This document shows, piece by piece, positions 17,031 to 30,026 of a stretch of 64,000 bases of DNA (the stretch's first letter is position 1; every line of letters begins with the position of its first letter). The stretch lies in the NCBI RefSeq assembly GCF_009834535.1, contig NC_045705.1, positions 63,798,001 to 63,862,000 of the forward strand, written 5' to 3'. The notes under the pieces are model-generated. The model was not told the DNA's origin. It did no database searches and saw only the letters and a program-made list of their open reading frames with translations. The translations under genes and the position numbers were made by a program. The stretch comes from Camelus ferus (Eukaryota).

Positions 17031-18968
17031 ATTTTAATAATAGACGTTGTTAGATGTAGTCATATACAGAGGAGAAGACTAGCAGAGGATAAAAATGGTA
17101 ATAAACATAAGCAGAAAGGAGGTTCTTTCTTCAGTTCCTCAGATGCCCAAAGCCAAAGTTACACAGGCTGCAAACTGGCATTTTTTTTTTTCTTGGTAAA
17201 ACTAGACAGTTGTAAATGGGCCCCGCCATGGCTCAAATGAAAGATTTGAAATTAACCATTTTGATTAAACTTAATTCCTTTTTCTTTGTAATGTTTCACA
17301 TACATTCACATCCTTTTCCCCCCACAAAAGTTCCTATTGTTTCTCTTGGTAATCTCTAGTCCTCGCTATTGTTCAGACTCTGATTGTTACTTATTTATTT
17401 TTTCAGCAAACTCTTGTATCTTAAAACTCCTGGAGTCAAACTTTTGAGTATTTATTTTATAATCTTTTAAAGCCCTCATGCCAAAAGAAAAAAAAAACAC
17501 TCGAGTAAACATTTTAATTTTTAATAGGTGCATGTCTATAGTATGCTCAGTTCTTTTAAAAACATAGGAAAGACAGATTACCAGGTCTTCTAGGAACAGT
17601 AGCATAAAAGCAGAATAGGAGCATAGTTGTGTTCTTTACCTGTCAGCTTGTATTTTGCAAGAGCTCAGCTCCTTACAGAATGAGGGAAACAATGAGGAAG
17701 GGTTCTCTTTCCTTAGTGTCTTTTAAGCACTGACAGAACTTTCTGGAAGCTTTGCTGGGCACAGGTGCAGGCTGCAGATCTGGTGCAGTCATGGCTCAGT
17801 AGGAGGCTCCATCAACTAGGAGCTCCTCTGTCATTCTGTGCATTTGTTATGAGTCATGTCCACAGTATATGAGTTGTACGGAGGGGATGAGACCACATAG
17901 CACTGCCTCTCCCTGTATGAGTGGAGGTAATAAGCATGTGTCATTTGCCATCAAGTAAGCACAGACAGATATCAGAAAGAAAAAAAAAAAAACGCGTAGT
18001 CTTGCCAATTGTACACGGGCTCTTCTCCCTTTATTAGTAATGGCTCTCTCCCAGCGAGCTAATCTCCTCTTTGTGTCTCCCCAGACCCTTAAATAATACA
18101 ACCATCAGCTTACAACAGAAAGATTTTATACCAAATAATCTTGTAAGTCCAAGGATAGGAATAACAAGAGTAGAATATTTTATTCCTTTTCCAAGCTTCT
18201 TAAATGTCTCAGCCTTGATTGTTGACAAAATTATGTCATGGTTGTGTGTTACATTTGTTTTGGACTGGTTTTGCTTTCTGCTTTTTTTTTCCCCCAAAGA
18301 CTTGATGTTACAGTAAGCTATGTTCTGCATCAGTGAGGAAAAAAATAAAGCTGATGTTTAAAAATTTTTTTAGAAATTCATTGCACTAACACTTTTATTA
18401 GGGATACTAAGAAACAAAGCGGTCAGACTTAACACTTTGGTCTTTAATTTGAAAGCCAGCTCCTAACAGAGATGTTAACGAACAGGAAAGGGGACAAAAG
18501 TCAGCAGTCAGATGTGGGTCTGGAAGAGGTCTGGCCAGCCCACATCCTGAAGGAAACAGCCAGAGGTACCTAAATCTCTGTACTCAGAAGTTCCTGGGTG
18601 ATGAGGCTGCTCACCTTACCAATCCTTAATGGTTTCCACACAGGATTTGAGGGTTTGATTGAAGAGAAAGCATTCCTGGTGGATGTGAAGATTCATACTT
18701 TGGCACATAAGGGACAGTTTAGAACAGCATTTCCCGAACTGATACCCACTGCCTTTATAATTTTGCCAGAACCACGATCTATACTATTTAGTCAATATTT
18801 TACTTAAATATATATTTTGAAAGGAGCTTTTGGACAGAGGAATATGTTAAATAATACCATGGGGATGTAATCAGCAAACTCCAGATTGAGACCATAAGCC
18901 AAATAACTCAATTTCTTCAATAAATGGCAAGGAAAAAGAGGGGAACCTATAGGTTAAAAGGGACTGCA

Positions 18969-19095
18969 GGGGAAGGTACAGCTCAAGTGGTAGAGTGCAT
19001 GCTGAGCATACACAAGGCCCTGGTTTCAATCCCCAGTACCTCCTCCAAAAATAAATAAGTAGACCTAATTACCCCCCCAACTTTTTTTTTTTTTA
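18969..19095 (+). mobile_element. tRNA-Ala-derived SINE
   Basis: GGGGAAGGTACAGCTCAAGTGGTAGAG...TTCAATCCCCAGTACC with the family tail. Confidence 0.85.
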
Positions 19096-21419
19096 TTAAA
19101 AGAAGCGGGGTTTGCTTAAGAGATACCAACCAAATAAATGTGACTCTCCTTTGGATTCTGATTTGAAGAAAACAACTAAAAGTTTATGAGACAATTAGGG
19201 AAATTTGAACAAGAATTATTATCAATTTTGTTGAGTGTGATAATGGTTATTTTTTTTTTAAAGAGTTCTTTTAGAGGTGCATGCTGAAATTACTTATTGA
19301 TAAAACTGGGAGGGGACTTTAGAACACTTTATATCACTTGCCAAAAAGAAAACAAAAAAACCACCAACCATCAAAATATATTTTACAGTAAAAAAAAGTA
19401 TTAAGATATGTCCAAGTAAACCATCTTTGGAATCACTGGCTTTGGGGAAACTGAAATCCAATGTGAAGGGCCAAAATGGTGAGTTTTGTGAAGCTAAGCT
19501 TGGCCAAACGTCTGGTAATTGATGAGGCACTCAACATCACGCTAAAGCCTACACGTACAAAATAGCCAATTAAGAAAAGAAAAATCCTAAACTAGTAATA
19601 TATTTCTCAAACTGGAGGGCAAAGGGTGGTTGTCTGAAAACTAAATTGGCTTGTAGCTCAAAAGCAAATAACTTCTCAGGGCTAAACTCTTTAATAGGTT
19701 GGGGCCTGACCCATCCCACCATGAAAGGGAGCCAACTTTGGCTCAGTAGAAGGAATCATTATCCAACAATCAGGGTTGTCCAACCATAGAATAGGTTTCT
19801 TTTGGGGATAGTGAGTTCTATTTCAAGCAGAGGTTTAACAACTGGCAAAAGGAGGATCCAGTATTGGACTAGAGGTCAGATGAACTGACCTGTGGTTCCT
19901 CGAATCCATGCATGGGTGGTAGTGGAAACTAGAGAAAATTCTCTGCTGATCACACCTCTACAGACAGGTATAACTTGTTCTTAGTGTCCAGCAAATAAAG
20001 TGAGGCAACTTTGGCCCTAATTGTGTTGGCTGCTGCTTTAAACATCTTGCAAATTCCTGACTGCCACCTCTAATGAAGGATGCATTCCAGGCTGGGAACT
20101 GAAAGCAAAGGCTTGCTCTTTGTGAGTATCTCACCAAGTAACAGATCCTCTAGAGTTAGGTATTGCACTTGGCCAAGGCAGTAACAGTGGTTACTGTGTT
20201 CCCAGACTATCCAGAGAAACTATATACATTTTATATACATGTACACGTATTATGCCTTGCTTTTAGGAACTAGTGTTCCAAGGCAACCATTTTTTTCCCT
20301 TCTGTGTCTTTTTTTTTTAAATTGATATATAACTCACATACCATAAAATTCACTCTTTTAAAGGCAAGTGATTCTTAAAGGCATTTTGATTTTTTTTATA
20401 GGCGTTTGATTTGATATTTACTCTAGGGAGGATTGGAAAAGTTGCTCATATTGCATTTATGTACATCTTGCCTTGTTTCACCAAAGAGTTAAGGCAGTGA
20501 TGTATTTGCGAAAGTAAAATCATCCATTTGAAAGATGAAAGGTTATTCCCACACAAGGAAAATGAAAGGCATAGAATTCACTTGCTCAGCCATGAAAATG
20601 ATAAGCATCAACTTTTGCTTCCCATAATGCCCCAGGTAAGGCGCTTTCTTTGTCCCAATCTTTGATGCTCAGCTCGTCTCCTTCCTATGACTCAATCAGT
20701 AGCGTGTTAGTCAGAGTTCACAGTGCTGAATGTGACATCCAAATAGAGAAGAAATTCAGAAAATTCACTCATATTCTCACCTTTCTAAATTTTCCTTCCT
20801 GCCTTTTTTTTTTGTTTGTTTTTTTTTAAACACTCTTCCTTATGTGCTGAAGGGAGAGGGTCTGTAGGCAGCCCTCCAGTCTATCCGCAGCACCACGCTT
20901 CACCACAAACGGGGCAGAGCGTTCTCTTAGATCCCCCATGCCACTCAACACCCTAAACTCCCAATTCTCTGCTACCTCTCCTGTCAGTAGCCACGTGCCA
21001 GACCACAGATGAGTAATTTGACCTGTCTAGGCTGTCATCACACCTTTTAAGTGAGGGAGCTGGACTAGATGAATTCTTAAGATTCTCTCATCTAGAATTT
21101 CTTGCTTTAGTTTCCCCAAGCACCTATCATTTCTATTCCACAAGCCCTCCATCTCCTCCCCCTCCCAAACCTGCCACCACAGAGCTTAATGTTTTCTGCC
21201 TTCCAATTTGTCACCCGCAGAGACCTCAATTCATAGTTACAAAACGTAGGCAAAAATTTCCAGTCATCAATACAGTATCTATTGTTGAAACAGTCAACCA
21301 CGGGTCTAGGTGGAAAGCAGAAGTAAAGAAGGAAGGCAACACAGCCAAACAGAAGGACAAAAAAGAAAACAACTTCTACTTCACAGTTAAGCATCTTCAA
21401 CCATGTATTAAGCCTGCAT

Positions 21420-21640
21420 ATGATGTGTGGAGTCTGAAATCACAAGGCAGGGTTCAAATTCTGGCTTGCCCCTTAACTAGCTCTGTGACCTTGAACACAT
21501 TAATTTTGATTGTTCAGTCTCAAGTTTCCTTGTTTACGGGGAAAAAATGGTGGAGAGAGGGGTAAGATCTCATAAAGTTGTTGAAGATTCAATGAGTATG
21601 TGAAGTCCCCAGTACAGCCCAGGACACAGGAGCTCAACGA
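21420..21640. mobile_element. MIR
   Basis: gggttcaaattctggc...ctagctctgtgaccttgaacac...tctcaagtttccttgttt. Confidence 0.55.
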
Positions 21641-22131
21641 CAACAATGAACTGTAATTGTGTAAATTTCCCCACTTTGTATACTTTTCCTAAGTCAAGTC
21701 CATATTGCCCTCTGCCTATCTCACTTTTTTCCTCATAAGCGACCTGACCCCCATCCCTACCCCAAGTACACATGTCAGATTCCTAAAAGATCTGGAAAGG
21801 TTATGAAAGAATCAGGAGGCATGCAGGTTTGTGGAAGAAACCAGCCAACACCAGTTCAAAGAGATACTTTCACTGATAGCTTTATGGTCCAGAAAGCAGA
21901 GTGAGAAGCAATTACACCTCAGGAAAATTCCCAGTGCCCTTGGCGAGGAAGTGACTGAGATGCAATGCCCCATAAAGTCCTGCTACCTGGCTGGGAAAAG
22001 AAAAGAAAACTTCGGCCTGGGCACAATCTTCATTTTGTCCCCAGCAGGGGAAGTGAGATGCTTCCAACCTTCCGTGCTGCCCCCTAACAATGGCAAGAGC
22101 AGGTCTAGCATCAGCACATGCTCCCCAGGTG

Positions 22132-23676
22132 TTAGTTTTTGGGGCCAAGTACAAAATCTTTGGGTGGCCCTCCACCACCGTTGTTCTGTCTATCTGCTGT
22201 CGGTGAGCCAGGGAGGGGCTGCGCTCCTAGGAGGGGGCCTGCCTCTGGATCTGGTTTGCTGCGTTTGGCCAGGTCCTCATTGTGAGCCTTGCGGATGTGG
22301 CGGTACAGGTCCCCTGACTGCGTGTAGCTGCGCAGGCAGTAGCGGCACTCGTAGGGTCGCTCCCGCGTGTGCACGGTGGCATGGCGCCGTAATGTGTAAG
22401 AGCATGAGAAGGTCTTCCCACATGTCTTGCAAGTGGGCACATCCTCAGTAAAAACTCCAAAGCCTCCTGGGGCCGCTTCATACTCAGAAGGCAGGTATAG
22501 TGGTTCATGTAGGGCAGGCGGAGCAGGCAGAGGTGAGGTCACCAGTCCTCGGTGATACTGCCCTGGACCTGGCAGCAAATGGTAGGGTAGGTGAGGATCT
22601 GGGGGCAGGAAGTGGTCACTTGGCCCCACTTCCTCCAGTCCTGCAGCCCTGGGCCCCTCAAAAGCCTCTGGCTGGGGGGGCTGTCCACCATACATTGCTC
22701 CTCCAGGTGGGAACAGTCCCTCAGGACCCCGAGGCTGTTCCTCTGACACATCAGTCTCCTCGTCGGAAATCACAATAGCTTCTACTTTCACCTGGACCAG
22801 TTCAGCTTCCGCTGGGGCTGGAGCCTGGGATGGAACTGGGGCTGCAGCTGAAGCTGGGGGATAGAAGCCTTGCAACTGTCCTCCAGTATCCCTTGGTTCC
22901 ACCATCCTCAGACTCTCAGAAGCCACATCAAGGGGAGCCAGTGGCTCCACTGAAACGGTTGGGAGGCTGGAAGAGAAATAATTTGCAGTATTGGTCTCTG
23001 TGGAGCTACTGGGGCTGGCAAGAGAGACATCAGCCACTGGTGGAGGAGGTGCCCGAAGGTGCAGTGAGTCAACCTCCACACCAGGCTGTGTAGTGTCAGC
23101 CCCAGCCGGAACTGGTGGCTCATCTGGAGGACAGACAGTAGGTGAGGGAGCAGCTGATCCTTTCCATTCGTCTTTGCCCCAGTGGCCTGATGTCTCTGCA
23201 GATGGCAACGAAGGCTGAGGGCCACGGGAAGTGCTGGACAAAAACTCCAAGTTAGAGGGCTGTGAGTTGGCTTCCTCCTCCTTCTTGGTACTGTCCGCCT
23301 CTGCCAGGGCCCGAGCTTGCAGCCGCCGCTTACACACCTTGACGATGTCATTCATGTGCAAGTAGCTGGCAGCTGCCAGGACATCCTCCACAGGGGTATC
23401 CCCCCTCAGGACCAGCTGGCCGGCATACATAAAGTCCAGAAGCAGCCCAAAGGCTGGGGCAGTGACAATCTCGTTGTGGATACACACCAGATCCCTCTTG
23501 TCCAGTTCCCTCTCTTTGTAGAAAAGCTGGAAAAATGGGCTGCAAGAGGCCAGCACAGCCCGGTGGGCCAAGAACTGGCTGCTACCCACCACCACCGTGC
23601 AGTCACAAAGGAAACCCTGGGACCGCTGCTCCCGGAGGCTCTGAAGCAGTTGCTGGCTGTGTTCTGGGAACTCCAT
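22132..23676 (-). CDS. ZBTB3: Zinc finger and BTB domain-containing protein 3, 514 aa, single coding exon
   Basis: [29 protein letters not shown] (BTB/POZ) followed by two C2H2 fingers [50 protein letters not shown]. Acceptor tttcccag lies 51 nt upstream of the ATG (exon starts 23727). Confidence 0.96.
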   Translation of the reverse strand: MEFPEHSQQLLQSLREQRSQGFLCDCTVVVGSSQFLAHRAVLASCSPFFQLFYKERELDKRDLVCIHNEIVTAPAFGLLLDFMYAGQLVLRGDTPVEDVLAAASYLHMNDIVKVCKRRLQARALAEADSTKKEEEANSQPSNLEFLSSTSRGPQPSLPSAETSGHWGKDEWKGSAAPSPTVCPPDEPPVPAGADTTQPGVEVDSLHLRAPPPPVADVSLASPSSSTETNTANYFSSSLPTVSVEPLAPLDVASESLRMVEPRDTGGQLQGFYPPASAAAPVPSQAPAPAEAELVQVKVEAIVISDEETDVSEEQPRGPEGLFPPGGAMYGGQPPQPEAFEGPRAAGLEEVGPSDHFLPPDPHLPYHLLPGPGQYHRGLVTSPLPAPPALHEPLYLPSEYEAAPGGFGVFTEDVPTCKTCGKTFSCSYTLRRHATVHTRERPYECRYCLRSYTQSGDLYRHIRKAHNEDLAKRSKPDPEAGPLLGAQPLPGSPTADRQNNGGGGPPKDFVLGPKN

Positions 23677-23869
23677 AGCACCCCACGAAGGGAAAGGGAC
23701 CCTAGAAAGGTCCCCACCAGTGGCTCCCTGGGAAAAGAGGACAGTAGGTTAGGGCAGGTAACCTCCCCAGAAACCTTAACGTCAGCTCTGAGCTATCACT
23801 TGCCACCCCAAAGCCTCTGGCAACACCGACCCCAAGACGCTCGCTTCAGTTACTACCCTTCTTTCTCCT

Positions 23870-24800
23870 AGGTCACAACCAATGGTCTACTTTTTAGCTC
23901 CGCCCCTCGGCCTAACCTTAGCAACAGGCCCCGCCTATTAAACAAAGCCCCGCCCCGGAAGTCCCGCCCCCTACGCAACCTCCGCTTCCCCGATGCCCAC
24001 CCAGTAGCTTCCAGGCGCCCCTCCAACTAGAAGTCTCGCTCCGAGGCCTTCCTGGCCGATACCTCTACGCCCCACTCCGGGAACTCCCTGAGCCTCTCTC
24101 GCATTCCAGGAGCTAAGAAGTCCTAAGGTGGGAAGTAGCAGAGAAAGCTGATCCCTCACCTACCACCGAGCGACCAGCGGGCCAGCTCCGCCCCTTCCCA
24201 CCTTCTCAGTTTTAATTGGCTCAAATTTGCCTTTCCTTGTCACGGACTGGTTCACTCTCCACTAGCCAGCCCCCCGCTCAGGGCGGCGTCTTTAAATGGG
24301 TACTGGTCGCTGTCGCTCAGGCAGCTACGCGTCCGATTGGTTGGCGTTCCTGTCCTAAACTTTTCCTTCTGGTCCCGCCTTCTTTGCTTCAGAGCCTACT
24401 GTATTGGCCGAGCTTTTCCATCTACCTGAGGCGGTAGGAGGGCGGGGAACAGGCTGTAAAGAGTGGAGTGTGAAGCGCCTGGGGTGCGGCGCGAGGCCCG
24501 CCCCCTCGCAGAGCCTCGTGCTTTGCCGACCACAACATCATCCCCGCTGCAGGGTAACCGGAAAAAGGAGAGCCAACAAACTGGTGTGGTTCCGAGGAGG
24601 CCCGGATCTTAGAACCGGCTCTGCGGAACCGTAGGCTACACCTTTCTGAACTGTAGGGGTCGCTTGTAGGTCCCTTCCTCCCTCAAAAACTCCAAGATAC
24701 CCTACTGCTTCACTCCCTCCAGTCTGATGGTTCAGGGCTCAGCAATGGTGGTGTCGGAGGACTAGCACATGCGCGAATGCCGTCATAGAGTCCCTAGCCT
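23870..24800 (-). promoter_or_regulatory. ZBTB3 promoter / CpG-rich 5' region
   Basis: GC boxes (CCCGCCCC), CCGGAAGT ETS site ~23956, CCAAT boxes ~23880 and ~24335, candidate donors at 24001 and 24160. Confidence 0.7.
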
Positions 24801-25499
24801 GAACTGCGTAGCCAACTTAACAATGAAGAGATTAGAGTGTCCTCTGTCTGGAGTGAAGCTGGCAAGTGCTGATAGGAAAGGAAGGAGTGGGCTCAAGGCC
24901 CTAAAATGTCCCAAGGTGGGAGAATAAACAGCAAGGCTGTTTCCAAAGAAATCTTCCAGAGACTACCCCAGACTTCCCTAGACTACCAGAGTAAAAGGCT
25001 GTAAATTGGGTATCAGTGATACCTGTCTCTTCTCTCAGCGGGGCAATGTGTTGACAGGGTTATCAGAGGAGTAAATCAGTGCCCTTCACCCGCTATTCAC
25101 CCCTTCACTCACCACACTTAGTATCTGCAGTTTGGTTTGCAGCCAAGCCCTCCAATCAGATCTAACCAGAATTAGGAACACTTCATCTACCTTCCGTCCT
25201 TGTTCTAGAGACATGCAGGCCACACTGGCCTCAGCTTGAGATCCCACCTTTTCAAGATACTCTTCCAAGCCATACAATATTTATTGTGTAGGAATTAAAA
25301 CCAACATAACATTTCCATTTTTTTAGGAAAAATAACTATATTTCCCTATATCAAAAAAATGTAGTAAAATAGTGTCATTGTTTTACATTTTTCCAAATTT
25401 CCTTGATGTCTAGCTCAATAGAAGCTGGATTCTCACATCTGCTTCTATTTTCAAGCTATGATGAGATAATTGTTTTGATTATATGAAGATTAAAATCTG

Positions 25500-26150
25500 G
25501 CCTCACACAGGTAGATAGGCATGGAATTTCACTGGCCAGGGTGAGGAGTTTGTATTTTATTCTGAATGTGATGGGAAGCCATTGGTGGGTTTTCAGTTGG
25601 GGAGGGTTCTGATAACATTCTTGCTTTTAAAGGCTGATCCTGGCTACTCTGTGGAGAAAGGAGCATAGCGGGTCAGAGTGGGAGCAGGAAGAAAGCTGTG
25701 GAAATGGTCCTGCAAGAGAGGATGATCACTAGACAAGGGTAGTGGTGATGGAGCTGGAGAGAAGTGCTGGGTCCCAAGAATTTGCTAAAATTAGGATAGG
25801 AGATGGGGGACAAGAGAAAAAAGGAGTCAAGGAGGATGGCCAAAAGTTTTGCATGAGCAATGGTGTGGGTGACAGCCATATTCTGAGATGGGGACAATTG
25901 GGGAGGAAAATCGAGAGTCCAGCTTTTGGCCCTTTAAGTAGAGCTTCCCCTCATCTAGGTCGACTTGTGAGCCTGAAGAGCAGGGGAAACGTTGGGCTGG
26001 AGTTGGGCATTGGGAGTGTCATCAGCATGTAGGTGGTGTTTAAAGCCAGGGGACTGGAGGGAAAATCCTTGTAGCAGAGAGGGCTGCGGGAGCTGCTAAG
26101 CAGCCAGGAGCATAGGCGCTTTGGGGAGCTTACGCAATCGTGTTTCTGCA
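25500..26150 (-). mobile_element. L2 fragment
   Basis: gatgggaagccattgg...ctggctactctgtggaga...gtcatcagcatgtaggtggtgtttaaagcc. Confidence 0.6.
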
Positions 26151-26237
26151 CGTTCAGAAGAGATCAGAATGAAGATGAATCTGGATTTGGGTACAAAGAC
26201 TGTGTGCTTGGCACATCCAGTATATACTGGATCTGGA

Positions 26238-26357
26238 TTATTTATTTATTGGGGGGTGATTAGGTTTATTTATTTATTTTAATGGAGGTACTGAAGATTG
26301 AATCTAGGACCTTTTGCAAGCTAAGCATGTCCTTTAACTTAAGCTCTACCCTTTCAT
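26238..26357 (-). mobile_element. tRNA-Ala-derived SINE, diverged
   Basis: aatggaggtactgaagattgaatctaggacc...gctaagcatg...agctctaccc. Confidence 0.75.
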
Positions 26358-26927
26358 AGATTTTTTTAATAAATATTTTTATTGAAGTATAGTCAGTTTA
26401 CAATGTTGTGACATAAGTTTTTAAAATTACAGTTCTTTTAACCTCTGTACAAATTTGAAAACGGGGTTCCCTTTGGTCAAAACAGACTAGTGGCCACCAT
26501 GGCTTAATAAACTTAGTGTGTGCTGTATTTCAGCCTCTCTCACCCCCAGGAGCACCAGTAAACAGGGCACAACTTGTTGCCTTTCTCAAAACTGGCGTAT
26601 ACCGACCCCTACCCTGGGGTACACAGAGCTACAGGATACCAAGAAACATCTCTCTAGAGTGTCATTCAGTCAGTTTTTTTTTGGATAAAAGTTTTTATTT
26701 GGGGATTAGGGGTAGTAAACTGGCATAGACAGACTATGACACATGAAAAAAATGTATGTAAAATTTAAAGTCAAAACAAGAAATTTCCTACTTATTGCAG
26801 TAACTCCCCCAAGGGAAAAGGTTGAGACGCTTTGCTTCTAAGTGTCTGTGTATTAGTACAAGTTAGAAAAATACCTACATACATAAATAAAATTTAAAAA
26901 GCAAAGTAAAACAAAAAATAAAAATTG

Positions 26928-27085
26928 AGGGGAGGGTACATTTCAGTGGCAGAGTGCATGCTGAGCAAGCACAGGGTCCTGGGTTCAAACCCCCTGGGTT
27001 CAAACCTCCATTAAATTTTTAAAATAAATTAGTTAATAAATAAACCTAAATACTCCCAAAAAAGAGTTTAAAATAAAAATAAATA
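26928..27085 (+). mobile_element. tRNA-Ala-derived SINE with internally duplicated B box
   Basis: CTGGGTTCAAACC occurs at 26979-26991 and 26994-27006. Confidence 0.8.
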
Positions 27086-27629
27086 TATTAAAAAGAAAAC
27101 CAACATAGCATTTAGTATTTATTTAGTATTTGTTAGGTGCTAGCAATGTGCTAAACATACTGTCTCTAATTCCATAATAGCCTTTCCTATCCCCATTAGA
27201 CAGAAGAAGAGACTGAGGTTCTTCTGAGACTTGGTTAAGTAACTTGGCCAAGGTCACCCAATAAAAGGCAGAGCTGAGATTGAATCTAGGTCTATCTTCA
27301 AAGCCACACACCTAACTATGTTGTAGATCTATCTTCCTACAGTGTTCTTAGGGTTGTCGTAGTATCCATGGCTAGAGGATTCAGACTTGTTTGGGGGCAG
27401 AATTATCCTGGCTGTTGGAAGAACTGATGGCAGAGAAGTGGGAGTCTAGACCCAGGGAGAGGGGCAGCTGGGATGGACGATCCTTGCTGAGAGATTGCCC
27501 TTCAGGGGCTGGACCTGCTGCTTGTGTATGAATCATTGGGAGAAGGTGACAGACATCATCACAAGGGCTCCTCTCTGCTCTCTAGATTGGCAAGACTCTG
27601 TTCTTGCAGCAGATTGTATTCTCCAAGGT

Positions 27630-28110
27630 GGCCTTAACAAGATCTTCCCTCCCACCTGCTCACTTTACAACATGACACTGATGCTCCTTGCATCGGGTAA
27701 GATCTCTCACTTTGAGTCTGGAAGGGATTGTGATCCTGAGAGATGAGATGCTAAGTCATAGAAAGGAATAGAGCTTCTGCCTGGTCTTCTTGGGACGCTT
27801 GCTCTTAGAACCTAGCCACTATGCTGTGAAGAACCGGGGTCACAGAAGAGGGCATGTGTAAGTGTTTCAGCCACAGCAACAACCAGGCTTCCAGCTAACA
27901 GCCAGCTTCAATTTGCCAGCCAGGTGATTGATCCATCTTGGAAGTGGGTCCTCCAGTCCCCAGTTGAACTGCCGCAGCTGGGGTAGGAGCAGCTGTAAGC
28001 CTGTCCCACTGAGTCCTGCTCAAATTACAGATTTGTGAGCTAAGTAAATAACTGTGGTTGTTTCAAGCCACTGTGTTTTGGGGTGGTTTATTGAGCAGCA
28101 AAAGATAGAG
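27630..28110 (+). mobile_element. MLT1-family (ERVL-MaLR) solo LTR
   Basis: ccagctaacagccagc...cctgctcaaattacagatttgtgagc...ttcaagccactgtgttttggggtggttt...gcagcaaaagatag, a typical MLT1 3' end. Confidence 0.65.
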
Positions 28111-28369
28111 GAAACAATCCTCCAACAGATTTTCTTTGTACTCCAAATCTCAATACAGCTGCTTGTTCTCCATTGCTATTTTCTTTGTGTTCTAGCTCGT
28201 CTCTGATTCTGAAGCTTTAGAAGTAAGAGATCAGGGCTTGGGGAGAATGTATCAGGGCCAACGTATCCCAGGGGAGCTTGAAGAGATAATAATAGATTAA
28301 TTATGAGAATGAGGTTCAATCCACCCATACCTGTTAAACTCCTCTATTTGCCAAGCGCAGTGTTAGGTG

Positions 28370-28950
28370 CTAGAGATTCACTCACTGATGCAAATAGATC
28401 CTGAACACCCATGTGTGCCAGGCTCTGTTCTAGGCTTTGGAGATACAGAGGAACGCAACAGACAAGAATCCCTGCCCTTCTTGAGGGGAAACAAGCAATT
28501 TGCACATATATAACTTGGTAAGATGATGCCAAATAGGGGTAAGTTCTTTAAAGAAAATAGAACAAAGCAATGCAATAAAGGAATGATTGGGGTGTGGCTA
28601 CTTGAGCCAGAGCAGTCATGGAAGGCCTCTCAGAGGTAGTGATATTGAGCTTATACCTGAAAAGTGAGAAGGAGCTTCCCCTCCCGCCCCTGAACCAGGT
28701 GAAAATCAGAGCCAAGTGCATTATGGGCAGAGGAAATAACAAGTACATTGGTCCTGAGGTGGGAGAGGAGGCCAATGTGGCTGGAGTGGAGAAAGCAAGA
28801 GAAAGAGAGGCAGAAAATAGAGTTGGTTGGATCTGGCCCCTGCCTGGTAGGTTAGAGTGATGTTTTTATTCCAGTGCCCTGGGAAGCCATTGGGTTTTAA
28901 GTAGGGGAGTGACATGATTTGACTTGAGTTTTGAAAAGATTACTCTGAGC
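28370..28950 (-). mobile_element. L2 fragment
   Basis: tgtgccaggctctgttctagg...ggaaggcctctcagagg...gggaagccattggg...gagtgacatgatttgactt. Confidence 0.65.
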
Positions 28951-28959
28951 AAATAAATG

Positions 28960-29200
28960 CATAAAAAGATGTTCAACATCCTTAGTCGTTAGGGAAACAA
29001 AAATTAAAAGCGTAAGAGATACTACTAGAGTAATTAGAATAGCTAAACAAACCCTGATGAAAATGCCAAGTGCTGGTGAGGATATCTGAGCAACTGGAAC
29101 TCTTACCCCTACACATACCATTATGCAACATTTATACCACACAGAAACAACAAGTGTAAATAACCACAAGAACATTCATAAGAGTAAACTGTGTTAAAAT
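28960..29200 (+). mobile_element. Old LINE-1 fragment
   Basis: aaaagatgttcaacatccttagtc...gataatgccaagtgctggtgaggat-like motifs. Confidence 0.5.
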
Positions 29201-29254
29201 AGGAAGTGACGAGTTTTTATTTTTGATTAATAATGATTCTGGCTCTAATTACAA

Positions 29255-29870
29255 TGTATGTTTCCGCCCCCCCCAACACATCCAAGCAATTCTCAAACAC
29301 CAGCTGAGTGGCCTACAATTTAACCCAATTCTGACACCATCGACACTGATAGCATCAGATGCCACAGGTAAAGTGATCAGTCCTACAATACTGCCCTCCA
29401 TTTCAGATGGCAATTGCAAGTCCCGGTTGTCACCTGTGCTTCTGACTCACTGGCTATAGGTTGAAGGTTCCAAAGACCCCTCCTTAGGTGCCATTAATCT
29501 GCTAGAGTGGCTCACAGAACTCAAAGAAACTTCACTTACTAGATTACCACTTTATTATAAAAGTATCTAACTCAGGAACAGCCAGATAGAAAAGATGCCC
29601 AAAGCAAGGGATGGGGAAAGGGCATGGATGCTTCCAAGCTCTATCTGAGCTCACTGCTCTCCCCAGTTCTCCAGGGCTTCAATCTTGAAGCTCTCTGAAT
29701 GTCATCCTTTTGGGGTTTTCTGGAGACTTCACTACACAGGCATGGTTGATTCATTCATTAGTCAAGTCAGGGAGTTGAGACTGGAAGTTCCAACACTTCA
29801 ATCAGTTGGTCATTTCTCCTGCTTTAGATGCTTTCCAAAAGTCACCTCTGTGCCAGGAATAGGGAAGAAG
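29255..29870. mobile_element. MER21-like LTR
   Basis: caattctgacacc...gcatcagatgccacagg...gtcacctgtgcttctgac...ttaatctgctagagtggctcacagaactca. Confidence 0.5.
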
Positions 29871-29894
29871 ACAAAACATAAACTTAAAAAAAAA

Positions 29895-30026
29895 TTATTT
29901 ATTTATTTTGCGGGGGGGGAGTAGATTTTTATTTATTTATTTATAGAGATGGAGGTACTGGGGATTGAACCCAAGACCTCGTGCATGCTAAGCACGTGCT
30001 CTACCATTGAACTATACCCTCCTCCC
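29895..30026 (-). mobile_element. tRNA-Ala-derived SINE
   Basis: atggaggtactggggattgaacccaagacctcgtgcatgctaagc...ctataccctcc. Confidence 0.85.

Noticed and set aside
22227-23871. Multiple overlapping ORFs on both strands of ZBTB3
   Set aside because: Alternate-frame shadows of a GC-rich coding exon, with no independent evidence.
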